From: an uncultured Planctomycetales bacterium
Lineage (GTDB): Bacteria > Planctomycetota > SZUA-567 > JAFGNG01
Assembly (NCBI GenBank): GCA_964577825.1
Contig: CAZOBJ010000006.1
Span: 1 to 60,810, forward strand
DNA: 60,810 nucleotides
Direction of reading: 5' to 3'
The notes below the pieces were generated by a model. It did no database searches. It was not told the DNA's origin and worked only from the letters and a program-made list of their open reading frames with translations. The translations under genes and the position numbers were made by a program. This document shows positions 15,693 to 24,950 of the stretch, one piece after another (the stretch's first letter is position 1; every line of letters starts with the position of its first letter).

Positions 15693-18373
15693 GCGTGCCC
15701 CCGGCCGCCCAGCGCGCCGTGCGCGTGCTCGACCTCGCGCTCCTGCTGCTGCTGGGGCTGCTTATCGTCCAGCGCACCATGACCGGCGGCCTGGACGTGT
15801 GGGAGCCGGGCACCGCGTTCTTCGAGGTGCTCCTGTGGTTCGCGGCCTTTCTGTGGTGCGTGCGGGCCGTGCTCGCGCGCGAGGCGCGGCTCGTGCCCGC
15901 GCCCATCGACCTGCCCCTGGCCGCGTTCCTGGCCCTGGCCGCGTTCCTGGCCCTGGCCGCGCTCGCGGTGCACACCGCCGGCCAGGGCGGGAACGTGGTG
16001 CGCGCCGGACTCCTGTGGCGGCACTGGGCCGCGGACACGCTCTTCTTCCTGCTCCTTCTGCATCACGGCCGCACGCGCGAGCGGCGCGCGTTCCTGTTGG
16101 CCTCGTTCCTCGCGGCCGTGGCCGTGATCAGCCTGTACGCGGTGTACCAGCGCGCCTACGGGCTCGCGTACCTGCGCGCCGCAGTGGAGGCCGAGCCGGA
16201 GATCCTGGACCGCACGGTGGGCGAGGACCCGTCCGCACGGCAGAGCTTGGCCACGCGCGTGGCCAGCGACCGGGTGACCGGGCCCTACGGATACGCGAAC
16301 GCGCTGGCGGGCCTGATTCTGCTGGGCATCGGGCCCCTGTGGTTCGTTGCGCTCGCCGCACGGCGCGGCGCGGGCAAGGTGCGCGCCTGGACGGCACGCT
16401 GGGGCGCGCCCGTCCTCGCGGTGGGCGCCACCGTGGCCCTGGCCTACACCGGAAGCCGCGGCGCCCACCTTGCGTACAAGGTGGTCGAGGTCGGCGCCTT
16501 CGCCCTGCTCGCGCGCCGGTTCGGCCGCCCGCGGCGGCCCTGGGCCGAGGCGTTCTCCTATGTGTTCCTGCTCAGCGCGGCCGGGGCCGTGGTGTCGGTG
16601 GTCGGTTCCTGGGCCTGGCGCGCGGGGCCGGCGCCTGTGTTCACCCACGCCGCCGAGGCCATGCAGGCAAGCCCCGGGCTCGCGTGGCTCCTGCGCGCGC
16701 TCGCGAGCCCCTTGTGGATGGGCCCGCTCCTGTTGGGCCTTGCCTGGGCGGCCGAGATCCCGATCCTCGCGCGCCTTCTCTTCCGCGAGCGCCCGCTGCG
16801 CTGCGCGCGGCCGGCCAAGTGGACGGCGAGCCTGGTGCTCGCGGGGTGCGTGTTCGGCGGGACCTGGTCCTTGAGCGGCGCGCCCGGCGCGCCGCCGGCG
16901 GTGCGCGCCCGGATCAGCGGCGTGCTCGAAGCCCAGTCCCATCAACTGCTCAAGCTCACCACCCGGCGAGACTACTGGATCGCGGGCATCCGCATGGCGC
17001 TCGACCACCCCTGGCGGGGCGTGGGCCTGGACCAGTACGGGGTCTACTACACGCAGTACAAGCCCATCACCGGCTGGGCGGTGCAGCGCGCGCACAACAC
17101 CTACATTCAGCTCGCGGCCGACGGGGGCGTGTTCCTGCTGGCCGCGTGGCTGGCGATCTGGGTCGTGTTCCTGCGCGCGCCCGTGCGCGAGGACGCCCTG
17201 CCGCCCGAGCCCACCGCGCCGGGCGAATCGCAGGCGACCCTGCACAAGCGCCTGTGCTGGTGCGGCGCCGGGGTGGTCATCGCCGCGCTCGGGTTCACCT
17301 ATCTCCTGTTCCGGGGCCTGGGCATCGAGTTCTTCTACCAGGAGCTGTGGGCCCCGTCCTCGGCTCGGGCCGCCGGACGCTACGCGCCGCTCGTGGTCCA
17401 CGGGCTCACGCACCTCGTGCTGTTGCCCGCGGGCGGTGCGGTGGCGTTCGTGGCGGGCCTGCGCGTACTGCTCGGTCCGGAGCACGAGCGCGCGGCGCTC
17501 CTGCTGATCCGGGCGGGGCTCGTGGCGGTGCTCGTGCACCTGACCGTCGACTTCTACTACTACATGCAGATGCACAGCGCACTCATGTGGATGCTCATCG
17601 CCGTGGGCCTCTTATACACGCGCACGGCCACCCGCGAGCGGCGCCTGCGCCTGCCCGCGTCCGAGGCATGGAGCAGCGCGCTCGTGGTCGCGCTCGTCGC
17701 GTTCTTCGGGGTGGGCGGATGGTATGGGCCGCTGGCGATCTGGCGCCAGGCGATCACCCGAGAGGTCGCCGAGTCCCTGCTCAAGGAACGCCAGGTGGGC
17801 AAGGCGCGCCGCCTGTACGAGGAGCTCGCCCGCGAGTCTCCCCAGGATCCGGAGCTCCAGCGCCAGCTCGCCGCGACCTACCTGCACCAGGCCTGGCAGG
17901 CCGCCCGCGCGCTCGTGGGCCCGCGTCCGGGCCTCGCGCCCGGACAGGTGCGCGCACGCACGCGTCTCGCCCTGCCCCGGGTCGACCCGCGCGTGCGCCG
18001 CGCGGCCGTGGCGCACGCGGCTCGCGCCGTGGAGCGTATGCCCGAGCACGGGCCCAGCCACGCATACCTGGGCCGGACCATCCTGGACCTCTTCCCCCAG
18101 GACCGCGCACGGCTGGAGCGCGCCCTGCAGGCCCTGCGCACGGCGCATGAGCTGCATCCGTACAAGCCCGAGTACCTGGCCGACCTCGGCGAGGCCCACG
18201 CCCGCCTGGGCGAGCCGCGCAAGGCCCTGGCCGCCTGGCGACAGGCCCTGGCCCTGGACGCGGACGAGCGCCTGACCGACGAGCGCGCCCAGCTCTCGGA
18301 CGCACGCCGCCGCGGCCTGGAGCGGGCCGTCGAGCGCATGGAGCAAGAGCTCGCCCCCGGTGCCTCGCCCTGA
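15689..18373 (+). CDS. O-antigen ligase/Wzy-like membrane protein with C-terminal TPR-like region, 894 aa
   Basis: GTG overlaps the upstream TGA. Wzy_C-like GPYGYANALAG, YTGSRG, RRDYWIAGIRM...PWRGVG and AHNTYIQLAADGG. TPR-like C-terminal helices (YLADLGEAHARLG...AWRQALALD). Confidence 0.8.
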   Translation: MSVPPAAQRAVRVLDLALLLLLGLLIVQRTMTGGLDVWEPGTAFFEVLLWFAAFLWCVRAVLAREARLVPAPIDLPLAAFLALAAFLALAALAVHTAGQGGNVVRAGLLWRHWAADTLFFLLLLHHGRTRERRAFLLASFLAAVAVISLYAVYQRAYGLAYLRAAVEAEPEILDRTVGEDPSARQSLATRVASDRVTGPYGYANALAGLILLGIGPLWFVALAARRGAGKVRAWTARWGAPVLAVGATVALAYTGSRGAHLAYKVVEVGAFALLARRFGRPRRPWAEAFSYVFLLSAAGAVVSVVGSWAWRAGPAPVFTHAAEAMQASPGLAWLLRALASPLWMGPLLLGLAWAAEIPILARLLFRERPLRCARPAKWTASLVLAGCVFGGTWSLSGAPGAPPAVRARISGVLEAQSHQLLKLTTRRDYWIAGIRMALDHPWRGVGLDQYGVYYTQYKPITGWAVQRAHNTYIQLAADGGVFLLAAWLAIWVVFLRAPVREDALPPEPTAPGESQATLHKRLCWCGAGVVIAALGFTYLLFRGLGIEFFYQELWAPSSARAAGRYAPLVVHGLTHLVLLPAGGAVAFVAGLRVLLGPEHERAALLLIRAGLVAVLVHLTVDFYYYMQMHSALMWMLIAVGLLYTRTATRERRLRLPASEAWSSALVVALVAFFGVGGWYGPLAIWRQAITREVAESLLKERQVGKARRLYEELARESPQDPELQRQLAATYLHQAWQAARALVGPRPGLAPGQVRARTRLALPRVDPRVRRAAVAHAARAVERMPEHGPSHAYLGRTILDLFPQDRARLERALQALRTAHELHPYKPEYLADLGEAHARLGEPRKALAAWRQALALDADERLTDERAQLSDARRRGLERAVERMEQELAPGASP
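15915..15961 (+). repeat. in-frame 18-nt tandem repeat, 2.6 copies (LAAFLA-LAAFLA-LAA)
   Basis: CCCTGGCCGCGTTCCTGG twice, then CCCTGGCCGCG. Confidence 0.85.
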
Positions 18374-18451
18374 CGCAGGCGGCCCGCGCACCCAGTTCGC
18401 TTGTTCAGGGATGGATCGACCTTCGCGAGCCGCGCGATTGGCGGGGCCCGG

Positions 18452-18925
18452 CTAAGAGCGGATCATGGCGATGCGCCCGGTGCGGGCGAGCTCCTTGATG
18501 CCGTAGGGTCGCATCAGCCGGATGAGCGCGTCGATCTTGGCCTCGGGGCCCGTGGTCTCGAGCACCAGGTTGCGCTCGCCCACGTCCACGACCTTGGCGC
18601 GGAACACGTGCGCGATCTCCAGAATCTCGCTGCGCCTGCGCGCGGGCGCGTGCACCTTCAGGAGCATGAGGTCGCGCTCCACGTACTTCTCGCCGGCCAG
18701 GTCCTGGACCTTGAGCACGTCCACCACCTTGCCCAGTTGCTTGCGCACCTGCTCCACGATGGACTCGTCGCCGGCCACGACCACGGTCAGCCGGCTGACG
18801 GCCTCGTCTTCGGTCTCGCCCACGGCCAGGCTTTCGATGTTGAACCCCCGGGCCGCGAACAGCCCCACGATGCGCGCGAGCACGCCCGGCCGGTTCTGGA
18901 CCATCGCGATGATGAGGTGTCGCAT
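18452..18925 (-). CDS. ilvN: acetolactate synthase small (regulatory) subunit, 157 aa
   Basis: ACT domain MVQNRPGVLARIVGLFAARGFNIESLAVG; ERDLMLLKV; ELARTGRIAM. Confidence 0.97.
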   Translation of the reverse strand: MRHLIIAMVQNRPGVLARIVGLFAARGFNIESLAVGETEDEAVSRLTVVVAGDESIVEQVRKQLGKVVDVLKVQDLAGEKYVERDLMLLKVHAPARRRSEILEIAHVFRAKVVDVGERNLVLETTGPEAKIDALIRLMRPYGIKELARTGRIAMIRS

Positions 18926-18950
18926 GCTTTTCCTTTCCTGGGCCGCTTGT

Positions 18951-19400
18951 TTACAGCGGCGCGGACGTCGCCTGCGCGCCCGCAGGCTCCGCGGCCTCGA
19001 AGAGCGCCTTCACCGACGGGCGCAGCAGCACCACCAGGGTGAGCACCCCCAGCGCCGTGCCCACGGGGACGAACACGCACAGAACGACCGCCACGCCCAG
19101 ACAGAAGCCATGGTGTCGATGGCGGGCCAAAAACCAGCCCGCGAGGACCACGCACACGGGCAGCGCAATGCCCACCGCAAGGATCCCGACTCCGATCACG
19201 GCCAGCAGTCCTCCGCCCGCGGCCCAGTGCGGGTCGGCCGGCGTGAATGCGAGAGACAGCAAACCCGACCCGAAAACGACCGCACCCACCCCAAACACGA
19301 AAGCCGTCGGAAACGCCCACAACGCCGCAAGTGGGCCGACCACGTAGTGGGCCACGGAGAGGATGCGCAGGTGCTCTTCGTCCTCGATTCGGCCCACCAT
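18951..19400 (-). CDS. hypothetical membrane protein (about 3-4 TM) between ilvB and ilvN, 149 aa
   Basis: ATG 19400 after GGGAGGACG; EEHLRILSVAHYVVG followed by hydrophobic helices and FVPVGTALGVLTLVVLLRPSVKALF. Confidence 0.7.
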   Translation of the reverse strand: MVGRIEDEEHLRILSVAHYVVGPLAALWAFPTAFVFGVGAVVFGSGLLSLAFTPADPHWAAGGGLLAVIGVGILAVGIALPVCVVLAGWFLARHRHHGFCLGVAVVLCVFVPVGTALGVLTLVVLLRPSVKALFEAAEPAGAQATSAPL

Positions 19401-19414
19401 CGTCCTCCCGGGCG

Positions 19415-21085
19415 TCAGGTCATGCCCATCATCCGGTTGATGGCCTCGCCCGCGGGCACCATGGGGAACACGTTCTCCTCGGCCCCGATCACCACGTCCA
19501 GGACCACCGGGCCCTTGGTGGCGATCATCTTCTTGAGGGCCGGAACCACCTCGCCGCGCCGCTCGACCCGAAGCCCGGTGCAGCCGAACGCCTCGGCCAC
19601 CTTCACGAAGTCCGGATTCGTGTCCCGGAGCAGGGTGCTCGAGTACCGCCGCCGGTAGAAGAGCTCCTGCCACTGGCGCACCATGCCCAGGTACCCGTTG
19701 TTGAGGATGACCACCTTCACGGGCAGGTTGTTGCCCGCGGCGGTGGTGAGCTCCTGGATGTTCATCTGGATGGACCCGTCCCCGGCGATGTCCACGACCA
19801 GGTGGTCGGGCCGGCCCACCTGCGCGCCGAGGGCCGCGGGCAGGCCGAAGCCCATGGTCCCCAGCCCGCCGGAGCTGATCCAGGTGCGCGGCTTGGTATA
19901 CGTGTAGAACTGGGCGGCCCACATCTGGTTCTGGCCGACCTCCGTGGCGATGATGGTCTTGCGCCGCTTGGTGAGCTTGTACAGCTCCTCGACCACGTAC
20001 TGCGGCTTGACCCCCTTGCCGCCGCCCGCCTTGAGGGGGTGGCGCTTCTTCCACTGGTCGATCTGGTCCCACCACTCCTGGCGCGGCAGGTTCTTGAGCT
20101 TCGGCGTGAGCAGTTTCAGCGTCCGCGCCGCGTCGCCGACCACGGGGATGTCCACCTTCACGTTCTTGCTCACGGACGTGGGGTCGATGTCGATGTGGAT
20201 GATCTTGGCCTCGGGCGCGAACGCGGACAGCTTGCCGGTGATCCGGTCGTCGAACCGCGCGCCGATGGCGATCAGGCAGTCCGTGTTCGTGACCGCGAAG
20301 TTCGCGTACACGGTCCCGTGCATGCCCAGCATGTGCAGGGCCTTGCGGTCGGTCTCCGGGAAGGCGCCCAGACCCATGAGCGTGGTCGTCACCGGCAGGT
20401 TGGCCCGCTCGGCCATGCGCTTCACCAGCGCGCTCGCCTCGCTGGCGATCACCCCGCCGCCCACGTACATGACCGGCCGCTCGGACCGGTTGATGAGGTC
20501 CGCGGCCCGCTGGATCTGGCGCGGGTTCGGGTCGTACCGGGGGTGGTATCCCGGCAGGGTGGGCGTGTCGGGCAGCGGAGACTTGATGTCGGCCAGCGTC
20601 ACGTCCACGGGCAGGTCCACGACCACCGGCCCGGGCCGGCCGCTTCGGGCGATGTGGAAGGCCGCGGTCATGATCTCCGGCAGCTCTTCGGGATTCGAGG
20701 CCAGGAAGTTGTGCTTGGTGATCGGCCGGGTGATGCCCGTGATGTCCGCCTCCTGGAAGGCGTCGTTGCCGATCAGGAACGTCTTCACCTGGCCCGTGAG
20801 GCACACCAGGGGGACGGAGTCCATGTACGCGGTGGCGATGGCGGTCACCAGGTTCGTGGCCCCGGGCCCCGAGGTGGCCACGGCCACGCCCACCTTGCCC
20901 GTGGCGCGCGCGTACCCGTCGGCCATGTGCCCGGCGCCCTGCTCGTGCCGGGGCAGGATCACGCGAAGGTCCCGAGCGTCCATCAGCGCGTCGAAGAGGG
21001 GCAGCAGCGCCCCGCCCGGGTAGCCGAACAGGACCTTGACCCCGGCGCGGCGCAGCGCCTGCACGATCACCTCGGTGCCCTTCAT
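19415..21085 (-). CDS. ilvB: acetolactate synthase large subunit, 556 aa
   Basis: FGYPGG, RHEQGA, TSGPGATN, GNDAFQE, LGMHG, RFDDR, GLGTMGFG and the ThDP motif GDGS...NNGYLGMVRQWQ. Confidence 0.97.
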   Translation of the reverse strand: MKGTEVIVQALRRAGVKVLFGYPGGALLPLFDALMDARDLRVILPRHEQGAGHMADGYARATGKVGVAVATSGPGATNLVTAIATAYMDSVPLVCLTGQVKTFLIGNDAFQEADITGITRPITKHNFLASNPEELPEIMTAAFHIARSGRPGPVVVDLPVDVTLADIKSPLPDTPTLPGYHPRYDPNPRQIQRAADLINRSERPVMYVGGGVIASEASALVKRMAERANLPVTTTLMGLGAFPETDRKALHMLGMHGTVYANFAVTNTDCLIAIGARFDDRITGKLSAFAPEAKIIHIDIDPTSVSKNVKVDIPVVGDAARTLKLLTPKLKNLPRQEWWDQIDQWKKRHPLKAGGGKGVKPQYVVEELYKLTKRRKTIIATEVGQNQMWAAQFYTYTKPRTWISSGGLGTMGFGLPAALGAQVGRPDHLVVDIAGDGSIQMNIQELTTAAGNNLPVKVVILNNGYLGMVRQWQELFYRRRYSSTLLRDTNPDFVKVAEAFGCTGLRVERRGEVVPALKKMIATKGPVVLDVVIGAEENVFPMVPAGEAINRMMGMT

Positions 21086-21222
21086 GGAGATCTCCTCAGG
21101 ATGGTCAAGCGGGACCCGCCGCGCGCGGCGCGGCGCCTACCCCGGTGCGGGCGCACGCTGCGCAGTCGCTTCCGCGCCGGCCGCTCGGACAAGCAGCTCT
21201 GACCGAACCGCTATCCGCACAG

Positions 21223-21252
21223 CCTATACCAGCCGGTTGCGCAAGCTGTCAA
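21223..21252 (-). promoter_or_regulatory. putative sigma70 promoter for the ilvB operon
   Basis: Minus strand TTGACA-N18-TATAGG, with an extended -10 TG. Confidence 0.55.
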
Positions 21253-21348
21253 GCGTTTCCTGCAGGCGGCGCCGACGGCTACCCGCGCGTCGACCGCCGC
21301 CTGTCTCGCGCGCCGCGGCGGCCCTCGTTCATTCGACGGACGCCTCAT

Positions 21349-21377
21349 TTGACAGCGCCGCCGACTTCGTCTATGTA
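21349..21377 (+). promoter_or_regulatory. putative sigma70 promoter for the GNAT-amidohydrolase run
   Basis: TTGACA-N17-TATGTA. Confidence 0.45.
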
Positions 21378-21425
21378 CAGGACGTGCCATACGTCCGCGA
21401 GACCGCCGTCAGGAGGATTCCACAC

Positions 21426-22004
21426 ATGCCCAGACCCGGACAGGAGATCGAGACCTACGAGGCCAAGGGCGTACGGATTCTGTTCCGGTACCCCAAGTGG
21501 GACGACGTGCGCGGGGTCCTTGCGTGCGCCAAGGCGATGTACGAGGAGGCCGAGTCCGGCGGCGAACTGTGGCTGCCTACGCCCCAGCTCGACCTGGCGG
21601 GCGCCTGCGACCAGGTCGCCCGGCAGCTCAAGGCGCTGGAGCTGGGCACCGGGGTGCACATCACCGCCGAGCGGGACGGGCGCATCGTGGGCGCGGGCAG
21701 CGTGTCCGCGAAGAGCGGCCAGTTCGGCCAGGGCTACGGGACCCTGGGCCTGCACCTGTTGCGCGAGGTGCGCGGCCTGGGCGCGGGCCGGCGGCTCATG
21801 GAGCTCCTCGAACAAGAGGCCCGCGCGCACCTGGACCTGCGCGCCATCTACCTGACCGTGTCCGCGGCCAACCCGGCCATGCACCTGTATGCGAAGTGCG
21901 GATATCGCGAGATCGGACGCAAACCCCACTTCGTGGCGCCCAGTTGTCGCGACATCCCGTTCGAGGAACGGGCGGACATCGTGGACATGGCCCTGGACCT
22001 GTAA
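21426..22004 (+). CDS. GNAT family N-acetyltransferase, 192 aa
   Basis: Start trimmed to ATG 21426 after AGGAGG; motif A VRGLGAGRRL; N-P-A-M-H-LY-K-GY C-terminal motif. Confidence 0.8.
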   Translation: MPRPGQEIETYEAKGVRILFRYPKWDDVRGVLACAKAMYEEAESGGELWLPTPQLDLAGACDQVARQLKALELGTGVHITAERDGRIVGAGSVSAKSGQFGQGYGTLGLHLLREVRGLGAGRRLMELLEQEARAHLDLRAIYLTVSAANPAMHLYAKCGYREIGRKPHFVAPSCRDIPFEERADIVDMALDL

Positions 22005-22064
22005 CCGCGACGCGTCGGCCCCGCCCCGAGCCGCGGGCCGCCGTCCCCACGCACGGAGTACGCC

Positions 22065-23663
22065 ATGCGATTCATTGATGCGAGCGCGCAAATCGGACAG
22101 GGCAGCGCCTTTCCGGTTAAGGGCCCGCCTGATGACTACACCACCGCGGGGGCGCTCGTGCGCGAGCTCGACCACTTCGGCATCAACGAGGCCGTGGTCG
22201 CGCACGCGGCCGCGCAGCACAACCCGATCGTGGGCAATCGACTCCTCATGCAGGCCATCGCCGACCACCCGCGGCTCTATCCCTGCTGGACGCTCGCGCC
22301 GTTCACCGTGGACGAACAGCGGCGTCCCGCGGCGCTTGTGGACATGATGCGCGCGCACAACGTGCGCATGGTGCGTCTCGCCCATTCCAGGACCGGGGCC
22401 TACAAGGGCCCTCCGCGAGTCTGGGCTTGCGGAGAGCTTCTCGAAGCGCTCGAGCGCGCGCGGATTCCGGTGCTGCTCAACGAGAGCCTGGACACGATCG
22501 CCGAGCTGTGCGCGGCCTTCCCCGAACTTCCGGTCATCAAGGTCGGCTGGGGCTCTCTGCAACTGCACGCGCTCATGGACCGCCGCGAGCATCTGTACGT
22601 CGGCACGGGCCTGTTGTGCGGGCCCAACCGGCTCGCCTTCCTGGTGCGCCGCTTCGGAGCCGACCGACTTGTGTTCGGCACCCTGTTCGGACAGGTCAAC
22701 CACACGAGCCCCGGCGCGGCCCTGACCGTGCTCACCGCGGCCGCCATCTCGGACGAGGACAAGGAGAAGATCGCCGGCGGCAACCTGGCGCGCCTGCTGG
22801 GCCTGCCCGCCGCAAGCCCCGTGGCGGACAAGGCCTTCGACGATCCCTTCGTCGAGCCCGTGCGCGCGGGCCGGCCGCTTGCGGACACCCTGGTCGTGGA
22901 CGCGCACGCGCACGCCACCTCCCCCCAGGAGGTCAATCCCGACGTGGACCGGGACGGCATGGTCCGCGGCATGGACCGCCTGGGCGTGGACGTGGCCTGC
23001 ATCTCCGGCAGCGGGTCGGCCGTGCCCGACGCGCGGTTCATGAACGAGGCCACCATCCAGGCCCTGCGCGCGTATCCTTCGCGGTTCGTGGGCTACACGC
23101 GCATCGCGCCGTGGGACGCATCGCAGGCCGAGGCGCAGCTCGAACACTGTTTCCGGGCCGCGGGCATCCGTCACGTGAAGGTGCACCCGAACATGTACAA
23201 GTACCCGGTCAACGGCGAGGGCTTCCGCCCGGGCTTTGCGTTCGCGCGCAAGCACGGATCCGTGGTGCTGTCGCACAGCGAAGCGCAGACGGACACCTGC
23301 CGACCCGCGGTCTTCGACGAGACGGCGCGCACCTACCCGGACCTCCAGATCATCATCGGGCATGCGGGCAACTGGGGCGAGGCCTACAAGGAGACCGTGG
23401 ACGTGATGAAGCGCCACCCCAACCTGTGGCTGGACACCTCGGGCTGGTGCATGACCAGTCTCGGCGTGCTCGAGTGGGTGGTCGGCCAAATCGGCCCGGA
23501 CCGCGTGCTCATGGGCACGGACTTCGTGGCCATTTCGGCCGCGTACGGCCTGGGTCCGATCCTGTACGCGCGCCTGTCCGCCGAGGACAAGCGCAAGATC
23601 CTGGGCCGGAACGCAGCGCGCCTGTTCGGCCTGGACGGCGGCGCCGGCTCGCAGAACGCCTAG
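22065..23663 (+). CDS. two-domain amidohydrolase-2 family protein, 532 aa
   Basis: C-terminal barrel has DAHAH, KVHP, SHS, GHAG, DTSG and MGTDF. The N-terminal half is a similar barrel lacking these ligands. Confidence 0.82.
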   Translation: MRFIDASAQIGQGSAFPVKGPPDDYTTAGALVRELDHFGINEAVVAHAAAQHNPIVGNRLLMQAIADHPRLYPCWTLAPFTVDEQRRPAALVDMMRAHNVRMVRLAHSRTGAYKGPPRVWACGELLEALERARIPVLLNESLDTIAELCAAFPELPVIKVGWGSLQLHALMDRREHLYVGTGLLCGPNRLAFLVRRFGADRLVFGTLFGQVNHTSPGAALTVLTAAAISDEDKEKIAGGNLARLLGLPAASPVADKAFDDPFVEPVRAGRPLADTLVVDAHAHATSPQEVNPDVDRDGMVRGMDRLGVDVACISGSGSAVPDARFMNEATIQALRAYPSRFVGYTRIAPWDASQAEAQLEHCFRAAGIRHVKVHPNMYKYPVNGEGFRPGFAFARKHGSVVLSHSEAQTDTCRPAVFDETARTYPDLQIIIGHAGNWGEAYKETVDVMKRHPNLWLDTSGWCMTSLGVLEWVVGQIGPDRVLMGTDFVAISAAYGLGPILYARLSAEDKRKILGRNAARLFGLDGGAGSQNA

Positions 23664-23690
23664 GCGCGGCACCCACATCGCGGAGCGACC

Positions 23691-24857
23691 ATGAAGCGCG
23701 TGGTCCAGTTCGGCGCGGGCAATATCGGCCGGGGGTTCCTGGGGCAGCTCTACAGCGCCTCGGGGTGGCACACGACCTACGTGGACGTGGACCCCGAGCT
23801 CGTGCAGGCGCTCAATCGCGAACAGGGCTTCGCCATCCACATCGTGGGCCCGGGCGCGACCACGATCCGGGTGGAGAACGTGTCCGCGGTCCACGGCCGG
23901 GACCTCGACGCGGTCGCGGCAGCGGTGGACGAAGCGGACCTGGTGGGCACAAGCGTGGGCGTGAACGCGCTCGGCCACATCGTGGACCCGCTCGCCGCGG
24001 GCCTGGCGCGCCGGGCGCGGCGCGGGGCCGGGGTGGACGTGCTCATCTGCGAGAACCTGCTCCATGCGGCCGACTTTCTGCAAACGCGGCTGCGAGCGGC
24101 CCTGGACCCGGAAGCGCACGAGTTCCTGGCCCGGCGGGTCGGGCTCGTGGAGACGGTGGTCAGCCGCATGATCCCGGTGGTCGAGCCCGAGCGTCGCGCG
24201 GCCGAGCCCCTGGCCGCCTGGGTGGAGGCCTACAACATCCTGCCCGTGGATCGCAGCGCCTTGCGCAACGGCCTGCCCGAAATCCAGGGGCTCGAGTTTA
24301 TCGACGACATCACGGCCTACGAGGAGCGCAAGCTCTTCTGCCACAACTGCATGCACGCACTCGCGAGCTACTTCGGCTACGAGCGCGGGTACCGGTTCAT
24401 CTACCAGGTCATGGAGGACGCGGCCCTGCGCGACCGGGTGCGCGCGGGCGCCTGGGAGGCGGGCGAAGGGCTTGTGCAGCGCCACGGGTTCACCCGCGAC
24501 CAGCACGAGGCCCACATCCAGGACCTGCTCGCCCGGTTCGCGAACCGCGCGCTCGCGGACACCGTGGCCCGGTGCGGGGGCGACCCGGTGCGCAAGCTCG
24601 GACACCACGACCGGCTGGTGGGCGCGGCGCTGCTGGCCCTGGAGTACGGAGTCGAACCCGAGGTGCTCGCCGAGGGCATCGCCGCGGCCATGCGGTTCGC
24701 CCCGCCCGGCGACCCGTCGGCGCCCAGGCTTCAGGACCTGCTGCGACGCGAGGGCGTGGAACACGTGCTCCGGGAGCTCTGCGGCCTGCGCCCGGACGAG
24801 CCCCTGTACGCGATGGTCCTGGCCGCGGCCGATGCGCGGGGTCTGCCGGCCGGGTAG
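23691..24857 (+). CDS. mtlD: mannitol-1-phosphate 5-dehydrogenase-like long-chain polyol dehydrogenase, 388 aa
   Basis: QFGAGNIGRGF, CEN, ERKLFCHNCMHA, RFANRALADTVARCGGDPVRKLGHHDRLV. Substrate not certain. Confidence 0.8.
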   Translation: MKRVVQFGAGNIGRGFLGQLYSASGWHTTYVDVDPELVQALNREQGFAIHIVGPGATTIRVENVSAVHGRDLDAVAAAVDEADLVGTSVGVNALGHIVDPLAAGLARRARRGAGVDVLICENLLHAADFLQTRLRAALDPEAHEFLARRVGLVETVVSRMIPVVEPERRAAEPLAAWVEAYNILPVDRSALRNGLPEIQGLEFIDDITAYEERKLFCHNCMHALASYFGYERGYRFIYQVMEDAALRDRVRAGAWEAGEGLVQRHGFTRDQHEAHIQDLLARFANRALADTVARCGGDPVRKLGHHDRLVGAALLALEYGVEPEVLAEGIAAAMRFAPPGDPSAPRLQDLLRREGVEHVLRELCGLRPDEPLYAMVLAAADARGLPAG

Positions 24858-24950
24858 CGGGCCGTGGCACGTGTTTTGCTTCGCTTGCGATGAGACGCTT
24901 GATGCGAATGCGCGCCTGATCTGAGCCGAAAGACAGAAACGGAGGCCGGT

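Noticed and set aside
21086-21220. Possible ilv leader peptide, T-box or riboswitch in the ilvB leader
   Set aside because: No Ile/Leu/Val-rich short ORF, T-box sequence or terminator recognised.
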